A DNA stretch of 64,000 nt from Caldisericia bacterium (GCA_963674785.1 OY771555.1:1472001-1536000), one strand, 5' to 3'. Positions 19,405 through 29,811 are shown, counted from the stretch's first letter. Made by a program: numbers and translations. The notes: generated by a model from the sequence alone, not told the origin.

Positions 19405-19415
19405 TGATTGGTTTA

Positions 19416-19443
19416 TTGACAATACCTAACTTGTGGATAAATT
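19416..19443 (+). promoter_or_regulatory. Putative promoter of tRNA-Ser
   Basis: TTGACA-N16-TAAATT. Confidence 0.55.
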
Positions 19444-19458
19444 AATATCCTCAGGTAT

Positions 19459-19552
19459 GGAGAGGTGGGCCGAGTGGTCGAAGGCGCCCGCCTGCTAAGC
19501 GAGTAACTGGTGAACAACTGGTTCATGGGTTCGAATCCCATCCTCTCCGCCA
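19459..19552 (+). tRNA. tRNA-Ser(GCT)
   Basis: GGAGAGG/CCTCTCC acceptor stem, GCT anticodon, long variable arm, TTCGAAT T-loop, encoded CCA; extra G before D-stem and a C-A mismatch in anticodon stem. Confidence 0.92.
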
Positions 19553-19711
19553 CTTCGAGTCTTCCCCAATATACATCCGGATATGTATATTCGCAAGCTG
19601 CGATACATAGGCAGTTCGTACGGTTTATCACCACCGTTTGTTTTCACTCAAAACCCACAATCTGTCTAGACCTGCAAGCTGGTGATGACATAGTCCATGG
19701 TTCAATCCCCA

Positions 19712-20257
19712 TTATCTCTGCTGTTCCTGTATACTCTTTTTCGCCAACGCAAAGATTTCGGCTATCAACTCAGATTTCCCCTCAGTGTATTTTTCTCGAT
19801 CATTTTTATATTTTTTCATGAGAAAAAGCTTTAGTTCATCATATTTTTTTGCCCATTGTGGATTTGAACGTAAAAAATCTCTGAATAGAAGATGTCTATT
19901 CCAGTCTTTCCCTTGATATATTACAGCATGGAGATGATGTGTTCGGTAACCATTTGATTCTTTTCGGAAATATCTTCTCCAATCGCAGCCAGGTTCTGGT
20001 CTATAAGAAAAGCCAAGTAGATGAAGTTTTTCAAGAGGTTCTGGTTGAATAATTTCATCAAGAGTTTTTAATCCAACTTGAAGGTCAATAATAGGTTTTG
20101 CATGAATACCTTTGATTGATGTACTTCCAATATGGCATATATCAATTGCCATATCACCAAGTTTTTCCTTCAGTTCAGAAATTGTATTTTGGGCAATTTG
20201 TCTCCAATCTTCCTGATGAAAAACCAAATCGACCGTTCCCTTTTTGAGACCAATCAT
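19712..20257 (-). CDS. GrpB family (UPF0157) nucleotidyltransferase-fold protein
   Basis: HIGSTSI.G..AKPIID, HHLH, FRDFLR, Y..LK, YTEGK motifs. Confidence 0.9.
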   Translation of the reverse strand: MIGLKKGTVDLVFHQEDWRQIAQNTISELKEKLGDMAIDICHIGSTSIKGIHAKPIIDLQVGLKTLDEIIQPEPLEKLHLLGFSYRPEPGCDWRRYFRKESNGYRTHHLHAVIYQGKDWNRHLLFRDFLRSNPQWAKKYDELKLFLMKKYKNDREKYTEGKSELIAEIFALAKKSIQEQQR

Positions 20258-20495
20258 AGAGTTAATTTACCAGAAAATCCGTTTTTATCAATTTTTCTCG
20301 AGTAGGTATTATTCAGTATGTTGATGGTTCAGGCTTGAAAAAAAGTACTTTTTTTCTAAAAAGTCCCTCCATCTTTCTCTGGTTTTTTCAGTGAAAAATC
20401 AACTTTTGATTTTCTTTTAATAATTGATCAACATAGTCCAATCAAATGCAGTCTGGAAAAGCATTTATTTGGTGTTGCTAACCCAAAAATACATG

Positions 20496-20523
20496 TTGAC
20501 ACTGTAACAATTAAAATTATACT
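20496..20523 (+). promoter_or_regulatory. Putative promoter of two small ORFs
   Basis: TTGACA-N16-TATACT. Confidence 0.6.
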
Positions 20524-20552
20524 CCATTCAACTTTATCAGAGGGGGTAGGAA

Positions 20553-20735
20553 ATGAAGTGGAGACGTTATAAAGACAGTGATGTCTGGCACTATAACGAG
20601 AATTGCCCTGAGTGGCCAACTTCTGACTACGTTGAATCGAATAAGGAACCTCGTGACGGCTACATTTGTGACATGTGCGAGGATTATGACGGAATTGATG
20701 AAGATTTCGGATTTGAGGAGGAAGAATGGCAGTAA
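20553..20735 (+). CDS. 60-aa small protein with possible metal-binding His/Cys motif and acidic tail
   Basis: SD GAGGGGG; WH-x4-C-x2-WP ... CxxC; D/E-rich C-terminus. Confidence 0.7.
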   Translation: MKWRRYKDSDVWHYNENCPEWPTSDYVESNKEPRDGYICDMCEDYDGIDEDFGFEEEEWQ

Positions 20736-20803
20736 AAAAAGCTAAACCAGCAGCCAAAAAGACAACAACAGCCAAAAAGACACAAAGCAAAAAAAAGAAG
20801 TAG
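20726..20803 (+). CDS. 25-aa Lys/Ala/Thr-rich basic peptide MAVKKAKPAAKKTTTAKKTQSKKKK (not in ORF track)
   Basis: SD GAGGAGG at 20715-20721, ATG 20726, TAG 20801-20803, followed by terminator. Confidence 0.6.
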   Translation: MAVKKAKPAAKKTTTAKKTQSKKKK

Positions 20804-20818
20804 CTTGGGTCAGTTTGT

Positions 20819-20852
20819 TTGGGGGATTATCGGATCCCCCAATTTATTTTTT
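20819..20852 (+). terminator. Rho-independent terminator
   Basis: TTGGGGGAT-tatcgg-ATCCCCCAA followed by TTTATTTTTT. Confidence 0.8.
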
Positions 20853-20999
20853 CAATTAAGCTAGTCCTTTGTTTGGTTTTTCTTGTGTCTCCGCAAAAAG
20901 TTTTCACTAAGTTTCCAATCTTACAGCTGAATTGTCCTTTTAACCGAAATTATATTATTAAAAAATCATATCTTGCAAAGAATAAGTTATAATCTTTGT

Positions 21000-23229
21000 G
21001 TGAGAAAAGTATTTTCGATGATAATTGTTTTTCTAGTTTGTGTAATTTGCATTGATATTCCACATGTAGATTGTGATGAGAACACAAATGACTGGGTTTG
21101 TTTCAAGGGAGATTTAGCAAGGACTGGAGCTGTAAAATCAGGTTGTGATATTGATATTGATTCACTCGCATTGAAATGGAATGTCAGAACAATGGGAGGA
21201 GTTGAATCATCTCCAGTCTATAAGGATGGTAAAGTTGTTGTTGGGTCGTACGATCACCATGTGTATTGTGTTGATGTGGAAACAGGGGAGCTGGAATGGA
21301 AATATCAAACTGGTGGACAGATCAAATCATCCCCATGTATTTCTGATGGGTATGTTTTTATTGGCTCCTTTGATGGGGCTTTGTATTGTTTGGATTTTGA
21401 AACTGGAGAAAAGGCTTGGGCAACTGGACTTGCAGCAGAAGGAATTTCTTCTTCACCACTATGTAACGAGGAATTTATATATGTTGGTTCAGATGATGGT
21501 GGTATAAATTGTGTCGATAAAAAGACTGGAAACCTCTTATGGAAAGCATTTACCCAAGACAAAGTGCAAAGTTCTCCTGCGATAGCCAATAATAAGCTAT
21601 ATATCGGATCGTCAGATAACTTCCTCTATTGCGTCGATTTGGATGGTGGTTTGGTTGAATGGTTCTACAAAACTTATGGCTCTGTTACGTCCACACCTTG
21701 CATTTCTAATAACAAAATCTTTTTTGGTTCATGGGATAAACATCTCTACTGTCTCGAAGAAAGTACTGGAAAGCTTCTTTGGAGATATAGAACGGATGAA
21801 TGGATTGAATCTTCACCATCTGTTTCTGGTGGAAAGGTCTATTTCGGTTCTGCTGATTATAATCTTTATTGTTTAAATATTTCAACCGGTGATTTGATTT
21901 GGAAAACATCTGCAGAGGATTCAAAGATCGTTTCATCACCAACCATATTTGATGATAAACTTTTGGTTGGCACCTGAGATAAGCACATCTACTGCCTGTC
22001 AGGCAGTACTGGTGAGATTCTTTGGAAGTATCAAACAGGATCAGTTGTGAGGTCGTCTCCTGCTGTCTGGGATGGACATTTTTGTGTTGGATCGTATGAC
22101 ACAAAAATCTATTGTTTTGCGGATAAATCTGCAAAAAAAGAATTTGAAGAAGATATAGATACCGTTCTCGATAGAGTAATCAACAAACCTGAAAAAGTTC
22201 TGTGGAGTAAACTTTTTATCCCATCTATAAGTGAATTCAAATTCTTTGATGATTTCACGCTTATACAGATTCAATCGAATACGTTTTGGAATTTGTATCA
22301 ATGTTTGTCAAATAAGACAGGTGAAGTGATTTGGATGAAAACACTCAGAAATGATCGATCAGAATGGAATAAATTGTATTGGGAGAATAGTTTTTTTATC
22401 ACAAGATATGACGGAGATGGTTCTAAAATTGTAGTTTCTATTGATATTGAAACAGGGAAAGAAAAATGGAGGTGTAAATTATCGGATTACTCCTATGAAT
22501 CCTACAGGGTTTATCTTTTAGATAATCGATTGTTTTTAAGGGTTGATGGAGAAGTTGTAGTTTTAAATCCAGAAAACGGCAATGAAGATGAGGATATTTT
22601 TACATTACCTGAGTTGCTTCCTTATTATTTGGATGAAAACGTGATTTTGTATTTTTTAGATCAAAGTTTCTATGGTTATGATAGAGATTCAGGCGAAGAG
22701 TTATTCAGATTTAAACCAGCTTGGAATCCTGAATATCTTGCTCTTGCAAAAAGCCTAAAGCAAAAACCTAACTTTGTAAAATTGCATGAGCGAAAACTTG
22801 TTGTGATTTCTACTGGAAGATACAGTGCAAAAATGGTTGCGGTGTTTGATATCGATACGGGGAAAATAGCATATTATGGTGAAAATATTATTTGTTTTAT
22901 GAATAATGGTGATGAAATCGTGTTTCTAGCGGATATAGGCGATAAACTGACTAGCGTTCAATTGCTTGAGCTTGATGGTTCTGGTGTGAAATGGTTTTAT
23001 TGAAAGGAGTGCAAAAGACCCTATGGTACCAGCCTATATTTCTAATTCAGAACTTGTTCTTTGCGATAAGGAGCAACTCTACTCGTTTGATAAGGCATCA
23101 GGTATTCAAAGATGGGTCTCAGCTCTGCCGAAAAAACCTCTTTACTTGTCGGATGGTATTGGATTAAAGCTTAACAGTAACGATCAGTTTATCTTGATTT
23201 CCAGTCAGCACTTAATGCTTTTGGATTGA
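21000..23229 (+). pseudogene. Secreted PQQ-like/BamB beta-propeller protein interrupted by in-frame TGA (21975-21977) and a frameshift near 22995-22998 (pseudogene or sequence error)
   Basis: Repeat continues across stop: LLVGT*DKHIYCL vs IFFGSWDKHLYCL; removing one T from TGGTTTTATTGAA joins the frame of 23023..23229. Confidence 0.75.
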
Positions 23230-23281
23230 AAACCATCTTATAGTTGCTTATATTCTTTCCAGATAAAAAAGGAGATTTTTC

Positions 23282-24023
23282 GTGATAGAGAATATTGACA
23301 GAGTTCCAAAATATAGAGGTTTGATTACGAATTTTGTTTTCATGTTCATTGGTATCTTGATGATAATCATTCCAATTACCGTTCCAATTGAGTCTGATTT
23401 TAAATATGCGATTTTAATGGTTGGGATTCTTATTGGCCCTCACAGCATTGATTTTAATTCCTTTTTTTCTTGGAAGAAAAAACAGATATGAAAAGCTCCT
23501 ACTCGGTGGAGAAAACATCGTCTCCTGGAAGATGGATGATGACTTTTTTGTTGGTGCTGCACAAAGAAAAAAAGATAATCAGCTCACAAGAAATAAAGCA
23601 TTAATTGCTATTATGGGTTTCTTTTTTGTGTTGATTGGGTTGGGTTTTCTTATTTTTGCATGGGGTGATGGCGGACTTGAAACCTTTATTATTTGTATGG
23701 GCATTTTTGCACTTGTTGCTCTCTGTGGCTTTTCATTTCCGTTTATTAGTTACTACACATCTCTCCGCAAAAGCAAGTATGTCTTTGTTGGTGAGGATTG
23801 TGCATTAATCGGTACAGAGTTCCATGTATTTGTAGGGGACACTGTGAAGTTTACATCCGCGGAATTCTCTGAAAAAGATAAAGCAATATTCATCAACTAC
23901 AAAGTTCTGACACGAACCTTGTATACACCATACACTGCTGAAATCCCTGTCCCAGATTCACAAAAGGAAAAAGCAGAGAAAATAGTTGACATCATCAACC
24001 AAAAGCACTCAAAGAAAAAATAA
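23282..24023 (+). pseudogene. Membrane protein split by one frameshift near 23423-23425 (pseudogene or sequence error)
   Basis: SD AGGAG + GTG 23282; deleting one G of GGG gives ...ILMVGFLLALTAL..., fusing the two ORFs into a multi-TM protein. Confidence 0.7.
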
Positions 24024-24545
24024 CTATTCCTGCGTAACTTCTGAGATAAAGTCGAATATCTTCCATCCAACGGCTGATTTGGTCATTATGAATCTGCCGT
24101 TGGATGAGTATTCATTGTCGACTCCAATGGTTTTTATATCGATTGAAAAAATGATCTCAATGTCTCTTTTCCCATCGGCTTCTTTGTCGATATAAACTCC
24201 TTTTATTATTGGCGGGTTGTATTCGAAAAGCTTGAAGCTTTCCTCCCAGATTTCAGTGAATTTATTGAGACTTTCTTTGTTTTCCATGAAAGGTGAGTCA
24301 GGTTCTATGTATCCCCATGCCTTCTCGTAGTCTTTTTCATAACATGCATTGTAATATTCAAGAATCGCAGTGGAGGCGGGATGGGTTTCGGGGCCGATGT
24401 CATATATTGCCTGGTCGATCCTTGAGTTGAATTCTCCATCATCAACCATTTTGTATATGTTCTCCCAGGTAAGGGGTTCAGCTTTTGGTGAGCATCCACC
24501 AAAGATTAGAATCACGACTACAAGGAGGGGTAAAATTTTTCTCAT
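24024..24545 (-). CDS. Uncharacterised lipoprotein (possible NTF2-like fold)
   Basis: IFGGC lipobox; YYNACYEKDYEKAW and terminal GWKI pattern. Confidence 0.75.
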   Translation of the reverse strand: MRKILPLLVVVILIFGGCSPKAEPLTWENIYKMVDDGEFNSRIDQAIYDIGPETHPASTAILEYYNACYEKDYEKAWGYIEPDSPFMENKESLNKFTEIWEESFKLFEYNPPIIKGVYIDKEADGKRDIEIIFSIDIKTIGVDNEYSSNGRFIMTKSAVGWKIFDFISEVTQE

Positions 24546-24623
24546 ATCTTGAATATATTTGCAAAGGGAGAAAGTTCAATAATCACAAGTTGACCGATGA
24601 CCATTTGACATTAGAATTTGGAT

Positions 24624-25535
24624 ATGCGTAATAGAACTTTTTGTGTGATAACCTTCTGCTTTGTGCTTATTTCAATGTGTTTCCTTGGCTGCTCAAAAAC
24701 AGTTTTTGATGATGGTTTCATAAAAATAAATATTCCAAGTGGATGGGGTGTTGGTCAGATTAACACCAGCAAGTCGTATGTTTTTGCATCAACGGTTCCG
24801 AAAACCTTCGGTGAAACCCTTCAATCCTTGATTAATCCAATGGAATCGAATCTTGAGGATCCATCTTTCAGTTTCTTTGAAGAAGGAATTATTGTTTCAG
24901 GTAAACCGAAAGAAACACTTGCTGACGCAAGATTTATTCTTGGGGATATAATAATTAGCAAAAGGGATGTAGATATTGAGGCAAAAAGAATAGGAATGAT
25001 AAATTCAACCATTCAGCCCGATCAGATATACAACAATGCAGAAATAAATGTTATTCAAAATGCATATTTTATGCTCGGTGCAAAGACGTCAGATGTCGTT
25101 ATTTCAGATACGGATGTTTTAGCCGAAATGGAAAGATCTTTTGATGAAGTTGTATCAGCAGGAGGTTCAAAAGAAGGCTTCTTGACGGGGTGGGGGATAA
25201 CTGAAAATGAATTCAGGAAACTCATATCTGAAAAACTCGTTTATGCAGAAATGATTGAGATGGTTGATAACACCTTCCCAGATTTAAACGAAGCAGAATC
25301 CGCATCGGAATTCTTAGTAAAAATGTCTGAAATCTATGAGTTAAAAGAAGTTACTTCTCAGGCGATTTCCTTAAGCTCAACAGTTATCGAAAGAGACAAT
25401 GGCTTTTTGATAATTTCAGGTGTTCTATATGATGAAAAAGACGAGAACAATCTAAACAGGTTAACAAAAGAATTACTGAATTCCTTTGAGTCTATATCAC
25501 CTTCTTCAGTTTACATCTTCTCTTCTGAAGGTTAG
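24624..25535 (+). CDS. Uncharacterised lipoprotein with a SurA-N-like helical segment
   Basis: CFLGC lipobox; GGSKEGFLTGWGITENEFRKLI resembles SurA/PrsA N-domain; ATG 24624 preferred. Confidence 0.65.
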   Translation: MRNRTFCVITFCFVLISMCFLGCSKTVFDDGFIKINIPSGWGVGQINTSKSYVFASTVPKTFGETLQSLINPMESNLEDPSFSFFEEGIIVSGKPKETLADARFILGDIIISKRDVDIEAKRIGMINSTIQPDQIYNNAEINVIQNAYFMLGAKTSDVVISDTDVLAEMERSFDEVVSAGGSKEGFLTGWGITENEFRKLISEKLVYAEMIEMVDNTFPDLNEAESASEFLVKMSEIYELKEVTSQAISLSSTVIERDNGFLIISGVLYDEKDENNLNRLTKELLNSFESISPSSVYIFSSEG

Positions 25536-25555
25536 AGCTGTTTAATGTCTTGGTG

Positions 25556-25584
25556 TTGACACCGACAATCAGATACCATAGAAT
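25556..25584 (+). promoter_or_regulatory. Promoter of tRNA-fMet/tRNA-Thr
   Basis: TTGACA-N17-TAGAAT about 12 nt before the tRNA. Confidence 0.75.
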
Positions 25585-25596
25585 GTTTCGAGTCTT

Positions 25597-25673
25597 TGCG
25601 GGATAGAGCAGTCTGGTAGCTCGTCGGGCCCATAACCCGGAGGTCGTTGGTTCAAATCCAACTCCCGCAACCA
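25597..25673 (+). tRNA. tRNA-Met(CAT), initiator type
   Basis: CAT anticodon, GGG/CCC anticodon stem, A11-U24, encoded CCA; atypical U1-A72 pair and C33. Confidence 0.92.
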
Positions 25674-25691
25674 TTTCTTTTTCTCACCTAT

Positions 25692-25767
<76 letters not shown>

Positions 25768-25832
25768 CTGAAATCGGTTTTTGCTTACTCAAATCAAATT
25801 CCCTCTTAATCAAGAAACATGTTGTTTTACAG

Positions 25833-25862
25833 TTGACATTGGGAAGAAAAATAGTATATATT
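25833..25862 (+). promoter_or_regulatory. Putative tuf promoter
   Basis: TTGACA followed after 16-18 nt by TATATATT. Confidence 0.55.
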
Positions 25863-25997
25863 ACCGTCAGACACGAGTGAGAAACTTGAGCATCGTTGGT
25901 CGGCATAGGTATGCCCGCAAGGGGTCTTTTCTGCAGGGTTTTTTGGTTTTGGCGATGTGTGGTGCTCTCGATTAGTCGTGCGTGAAGGAGCAGGAAT

Positions 25998-27203
25998 ATG
26001 GCCAAAGAAAAATTTGAACGAACGAAACCACACGTCAATGTGGGAACAATTGGACACATTGACCACGGAAAAACAACTCTTACAGCAGCAATCACCCAGG
26101 TGCTTGCATCACTTGGGACAACTGAAGCAAAAAAGTTTGATGAAATTGATAACGCACCAGAAGAAAAAGCTCGTGGTGTAACAATCAACATCCATCACAC
26201 AGAGTATGAAACAGAAAACAGACACTATGCACATATCGACTGCCCAGGTCACGCTGACTACATCAAAAACATGATCACCGGTGCAGCTCAGATGGATGGT
26301 GCAATTCTCGTAGTCGCAGCAACAGATGGTCCAATGCCACAGACAAGAGAACATCTCCTCCTCGCAAGACAGGTTAACGTTCCAAAAATCATCGTTTTCC
26401 TTAACAAATGCGACATGGTAGAAGATGAAGAGCTCATCGAACTCGTAGAGGTAGAAGTAAGAGACCTTCTCTCATCATACGAATTCCCAGGTGACGATCT
26501 TCCAGTAGTCAGAGGATCAGCCCTCAAAGCTCTCGAAGCAGAAGGTGATCTCGGAAAAGGTAACCCAGACACACAGTGCATTTGGGAACTCGCAGAACAG
26601 CTTGACACATACATCCCAGAGCCAGAAAGACCAACAGACAAACCATTCCTTATGCCAATTGAAGACGTATTCTCAATCACAGGTAGAGGAACCGTTGTCA
26701 CAGGTAGAGTCGAAAGAGGAATCTGTAAAGTCGGTGAAAAGATGGAAATCGTTGGTGTCAAAGAAGAAAGAACAAAAACAGTTATCACCGGTGTCGAGAT
26801 GTTCAGAAAACTCCTCGACGAAGGTAGAGCAGGTGACAACGTAGGTCTCCTCATCCGTGGAGTCGACTACAAAGAAGTAGAACGTGGACAGGTAGTAGCA
26901 GTCCCAGGTTCAATCAACCCACACAAGAAATTCAGCTCAGAAGTCTACATCCTCAGTAAAGAAGAGGGCGGAAGACATAAAGCATTCTTCACAGGTTACA
27001 GACCACAGTTCTTCTTCAGAACAACAGACGTAACAGGTTCAATCAAACTTCCAGAAGGTATCGAAATGGCAATGCCAGGTGATAACGTAAAAATGGAAGT
27101 CGAACTTATCGTACCAATCGCAATGGAACCAGGCCTCAGATTTGCTATCCGTGAAGGCGGCAGAACAATTGGTGCTGGTGTTGTAACAGATATACAGGAG
27201 TAG
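25998..27203 (+). CDS. tuf: Elongation factor Tu
   Basis: [52 protein letters not shown]. Confidence 0.99.
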   Translation: MAKEKFERTKPHVNVGTIGHIDHGKTTLTAAITQVLASLGTTEAKKFDEIDNAPEEKARGVTINIHHTEYETENRHYAHIDCPGHADYIKNMITGAAQMDGAILVVAATDGPMPQTREHLLLARQVNVPKIIVFLNKCDMVEDEELIELVEVEVRDLLSSYEFPGDDLPVVRGSALKALEAEGDLGKGNPDTQCIWELAEQLDTYIPEPERPTDKPFLMPIEDVFSITGRGTVVTGRVERGICKVGEKMEIVGVKEERTKTVITGVEMFRKLLDEGRAGDNVGLLIRGVDYKEVERGQVVAVPGSINPHKKFSSEVYILSKEEGGRHKAFFTGYRPQFFFRTTDVTGSIKLPEGIEMAMPGDNVKMEVELIVPIAMEPGLRFAIREGGRTIGAGVVTDIQE

Positions 27204-27207
27204 TTTA

Positions 27208-27357
27208 ATGAGAGTTAGAGTGACACTTGCTTGTACAGAATGCAAAGAGCGAAATTATACTACAAACAAAAACAAGCAGAACAATCCAGATAGAATTGAA
27301 ATGAAGAAGTATTGCAACAGATGCAAAAAGCATACATTGCATAAGGAAACTAGATAA
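27208..27357 (+). CDS. rpmG: 50S ribosomal protein L33, zinc-ribbon form (not in ORF track)
   Basis: [49 protein letters not shown]; SD AGGAG. Confidence 0.96.
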   Translation: MRVRVTLACTECKERNYTTNKNKQNNPDRIEMKKYCNRCKKHTLHKETR

Positions 27358-27388
27358 GAACGGATTCCGCTTAATTTAAGAATCAATT

Positions 27389-27421
27389 GCCCCCATCACA
27401 TTTTGGTGGGGGCTTTTTTTA
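27389..27421 (+). terminator. Rho-independent terminator after rpmG
   Basis: GCCCCCATCA-cattt-TGGTGGGGGC followed by T-run. Confidence 0.85.
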
Positions 27422-27439
27422 TGGGAAGGATGAGAACAG

Positions 27440-27898
27440 ATGAACGTTGATGATGCAAAAAATATCTTGAAGTGGACTCGAGAGAGATTGCATAAAACCT
27501 TTGAATTGATCCCCGATGAATTCCTCGATTTCAAACCAGATTGTGTTATCCCTGATGGTGAGAAATTTAGTAAAACTCGAGGAATTCTGAATCATATTGG
27601 ATGGGTTGAGAATTATTGGATTCATGAAAAAATGGCAAAAAACCCTCTTGATAAAGAATATTGGAATTTCAGAAAATTGGGTGTTTCTGAGATTGTGAAA
27701 AAACTTGACATCATACGAGAAAAGACAAATGAATGGCTTGACTCTCTTGAAGATTCGAATCTTGATAGACCATACTCAAATCGTGCCAAGAAGCATATCT
27801 CATGGATAGTTTATCATCTTGCTGAACACGAAGCACATCATCTTGGACAGATTTGTTTACTCACAACATTTGCAGGAGTAAAGATTATTTGGTCTTAG
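27440..27898 (+). CDS. DinB/YfiT family protein
   Basis: ILNHIGWVENYW and YHLAEHEAHHLGQI His motifs. Confidence 0.85.
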   Translation: MNVDDAKNILKWTRERLHKTFELIPDEFLDFKPDCVIPDGEKFSKTRGILNHIGWVENYWIHEKMAKNPLDKEYWNFRKLGVSEIVKKLDIIREKTNEWLDSLEDSNLDRPYSNRAKKHISWIVYHLAEHEAHHLGQICLLTTFAGVKIIWS

Positions 27899-29811
27899 GG
27901 ACTACATCTCAACCCGCAATAAACAATCTCAGATTTATCAAACGGTGTCTCGTCAGTCCATGTAATATGTGGGTGGAACTTGTCATCTAACGCAATTGAT
28001 GGAGAGTGTGAATACCCTGAATTGTTGCTGATATTGACTGGGCCAATAATACCTTTCCCACCACCAAGGAAAACGTAATAATAAATCTCTCCATTTACCT
28101 CAAATACCGAGTGAAAACAAAAGTAATAACATCTCGATACAACAACTGAGATACTCTTGCAGTCGGGAAATTTTGGTGTCTTTAGGTTTCCATAGAGCAG
28201 CCCTTCTTTTATTGTTGTATAGTATGTTTTACAAGGCATATTTCCTGCTTGCCCAAATTGAGAAATTGATATTTCAGTATTACCTGAGAATTCGGGATCG
28301 TCCTTTTTTTCTGTATAGAGATTGCCCCAAGTATTATCGGTTGAATCGTAATATCTTTTAAGAATAATTGGACGTCCGTTTTTGATGATACCAATTGCCA
28401 AATAAATAACTGAATCGAAAGCAAATCTTACAGTATCTACCGAAGGTTTTGAATATTCATAGTTTGCATCTGTTACGACAATTGCATTGCAATCATCATT
28501 TTCAGAGTAAACATATGGTGCAGGTAACCCAGAATCATTTCGATGAATTGTTTTCCATCCACCATCAAAATATATCCAATAAATGCTGCTTTTATTGATG
28601 TGTGTAAACTTTGTTCTTGAAAACTTGACATAAGCCTGCCAGGCAATATGTGGTCTTCCCTCTGGATCAACAGAAATTGTTGGGTGCCAAGTATCGGATT
28701 CGATATTTTGGCTGATGTTTGCGAAACACTTTAAAACACCATTTTTTGTTTTTGGTGGAATATATTTAAGTTGTTCGTTTTCGCCATTCAGTGTATAGAA
28801 GTTGCATGGGTCATCGTTATTGACAACAATACAGAATAACACGTGATCATCCTTGTGTTCAGTTTCAAATGGATCATCCCCATTGTTTATTTCAACATTC
28901 ACGATAATAAAAGCCTTATCATATTTTGATCCGATAACAACATTCTCTACTTGTATGTCTTCGTTTTTAAAACCTGTAACATTTATTGGAATTGACCACC
29001 TGTTACAGTTGTTTGCTGGTAAGTCTGCGTATGAATAATATACATTTCTGATATCAACTTCACTTTTTTCAATCCATACAGAATGCATTCTGTTGCCTCC
29101 GACAGCCAATGACTCACCATATGGTGATGCATATGATTCCAGTCTTTCAGAATAGCTGATATTTCCATCTCTCGGAATGTAGTTTGTTGAATACTCTGCC
29201 TTTGAAAGTGTAGACCAGTATGAGCTACCGTGATCTATTGTACATTCCTGGCATTCCAGATATTCACTTTCCTGCTTACACAGAATTGAGAATTCAATTC
29301 GATTTTCCTGTGTAAGTAATTCCCCCTCTTGATCTACTTGATATGCTGCAAAAACCACTGTATGCAGACTATTTTTATAACATGAGGACTGCTTAATAGT
29401 TGTCTTAATGTTTAGTCTTTCAGATATCGAAAATCCTGGGACAAATATTGGTTGTTCGATGCTTTCCCAATTTGTATCGAAGATGGCAAAACTTCCATCC
29501 CTGTTTGCGAATTCTCGGAAAGATACATATATGTCTTCTTTGCTATTATTTGCGATTGAAAGGTTTCTGAGCTCGAGAATGCTTTCATGATAAATCATTT
29601 GTGTGGCTTTAATATTCTGATAGCTCAGAATGCTTTCCTCGCATCTTGTCATGATTTTTCTACCATCGATATATTGGTCGAGGTCTCCTATTATTTGAAA
29701 CTGTGGGTAATCAGACAAATGGCTAGAGACTGCAACAGTAGGGTTTGTAAGAAAAATCGATAATACGAAAACAAAAGTAATCCTAAAAAATACTCTAGAT
29801 ATTTTCCCCAT
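27895..29811 (-). CDS. Secreted protein with beta-propeller-like repeats
   Basis: Signal peptide; VDPEGRPHIAW, LDDKFHPHITW, PVNISNNSGYS motifs also seen in the S8 protease C-terminal region. Confidence 0.7.
   Translation of the reverse strand: MGKISRVFFRITFVFVLSIFLTNPTVAVSSHLSDYPQFQIIGDLDQYIDGRKIMTRCEESILSYQNIKATQMIYHESILELRNLSIANNSKEDIYVSFREFANRDGSFAIFDTNWESIEQPIFVPGFSISERLNIKTTIKQSSCYKNSLHTVVFAAYQVDQEGELLTQENRIEFSILCKQESEYLECQECTIDHGSSYWSTLSKAEYSTNYIPRDGNISYSERLESYASPYGESLAVGGNRMHSVWIEKSEVDIRNVYYSYADLPANNCNRWSIPINVTGFKNEDIQVENVVIGSKYDKAFIIVNVEINNGDDPFETEHKDDHVLFCIVVNNDDPCNFYTLNGENEQLKYIPPKTKNGVLKCFANISQNIESDTWHPTISVDPEGRPHIAWQAYVKFSRTKFTHINKSSIYWIYFDGGWKTIHRNDSGLPAPYVYSENDDCNAIVVTDANYEYSKPSVDTVRFAFDSVIYLAIGIIKNGRPIILKRYYDSTDNTWGNLYTEKKDDPEFSGNTEISISQFGQAGNMPCKTYYTTIKEGLLYGNLKTPKFPDCKSISVVVSRCYYFCFHSVFEVNGEIYYYVFLGGGKGIIGPVNISNNSGYSHSPSIALDDKFHPHITWTDETPFDKSEIVYCGLRCSP

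Noticed and set aside
19553-19711. SRP RNA, 6S RNA or tmRNA after tRNA-Ser
   Set aside because: No SRP domain IV motif, ends do not pair into a 6S-like rod, no tmRNA termini
21975-21977. TGA at a Trp-equivalent position suggesting genetic code 4/25 or selenocysteine
   Set aside because: TGA ends well-defined genes here (rbr, mgtE, pseudokinase with GTGA overlap), TGG is used for Trp throughout, and the position is not a Cys site; a point mutation or error is simpler
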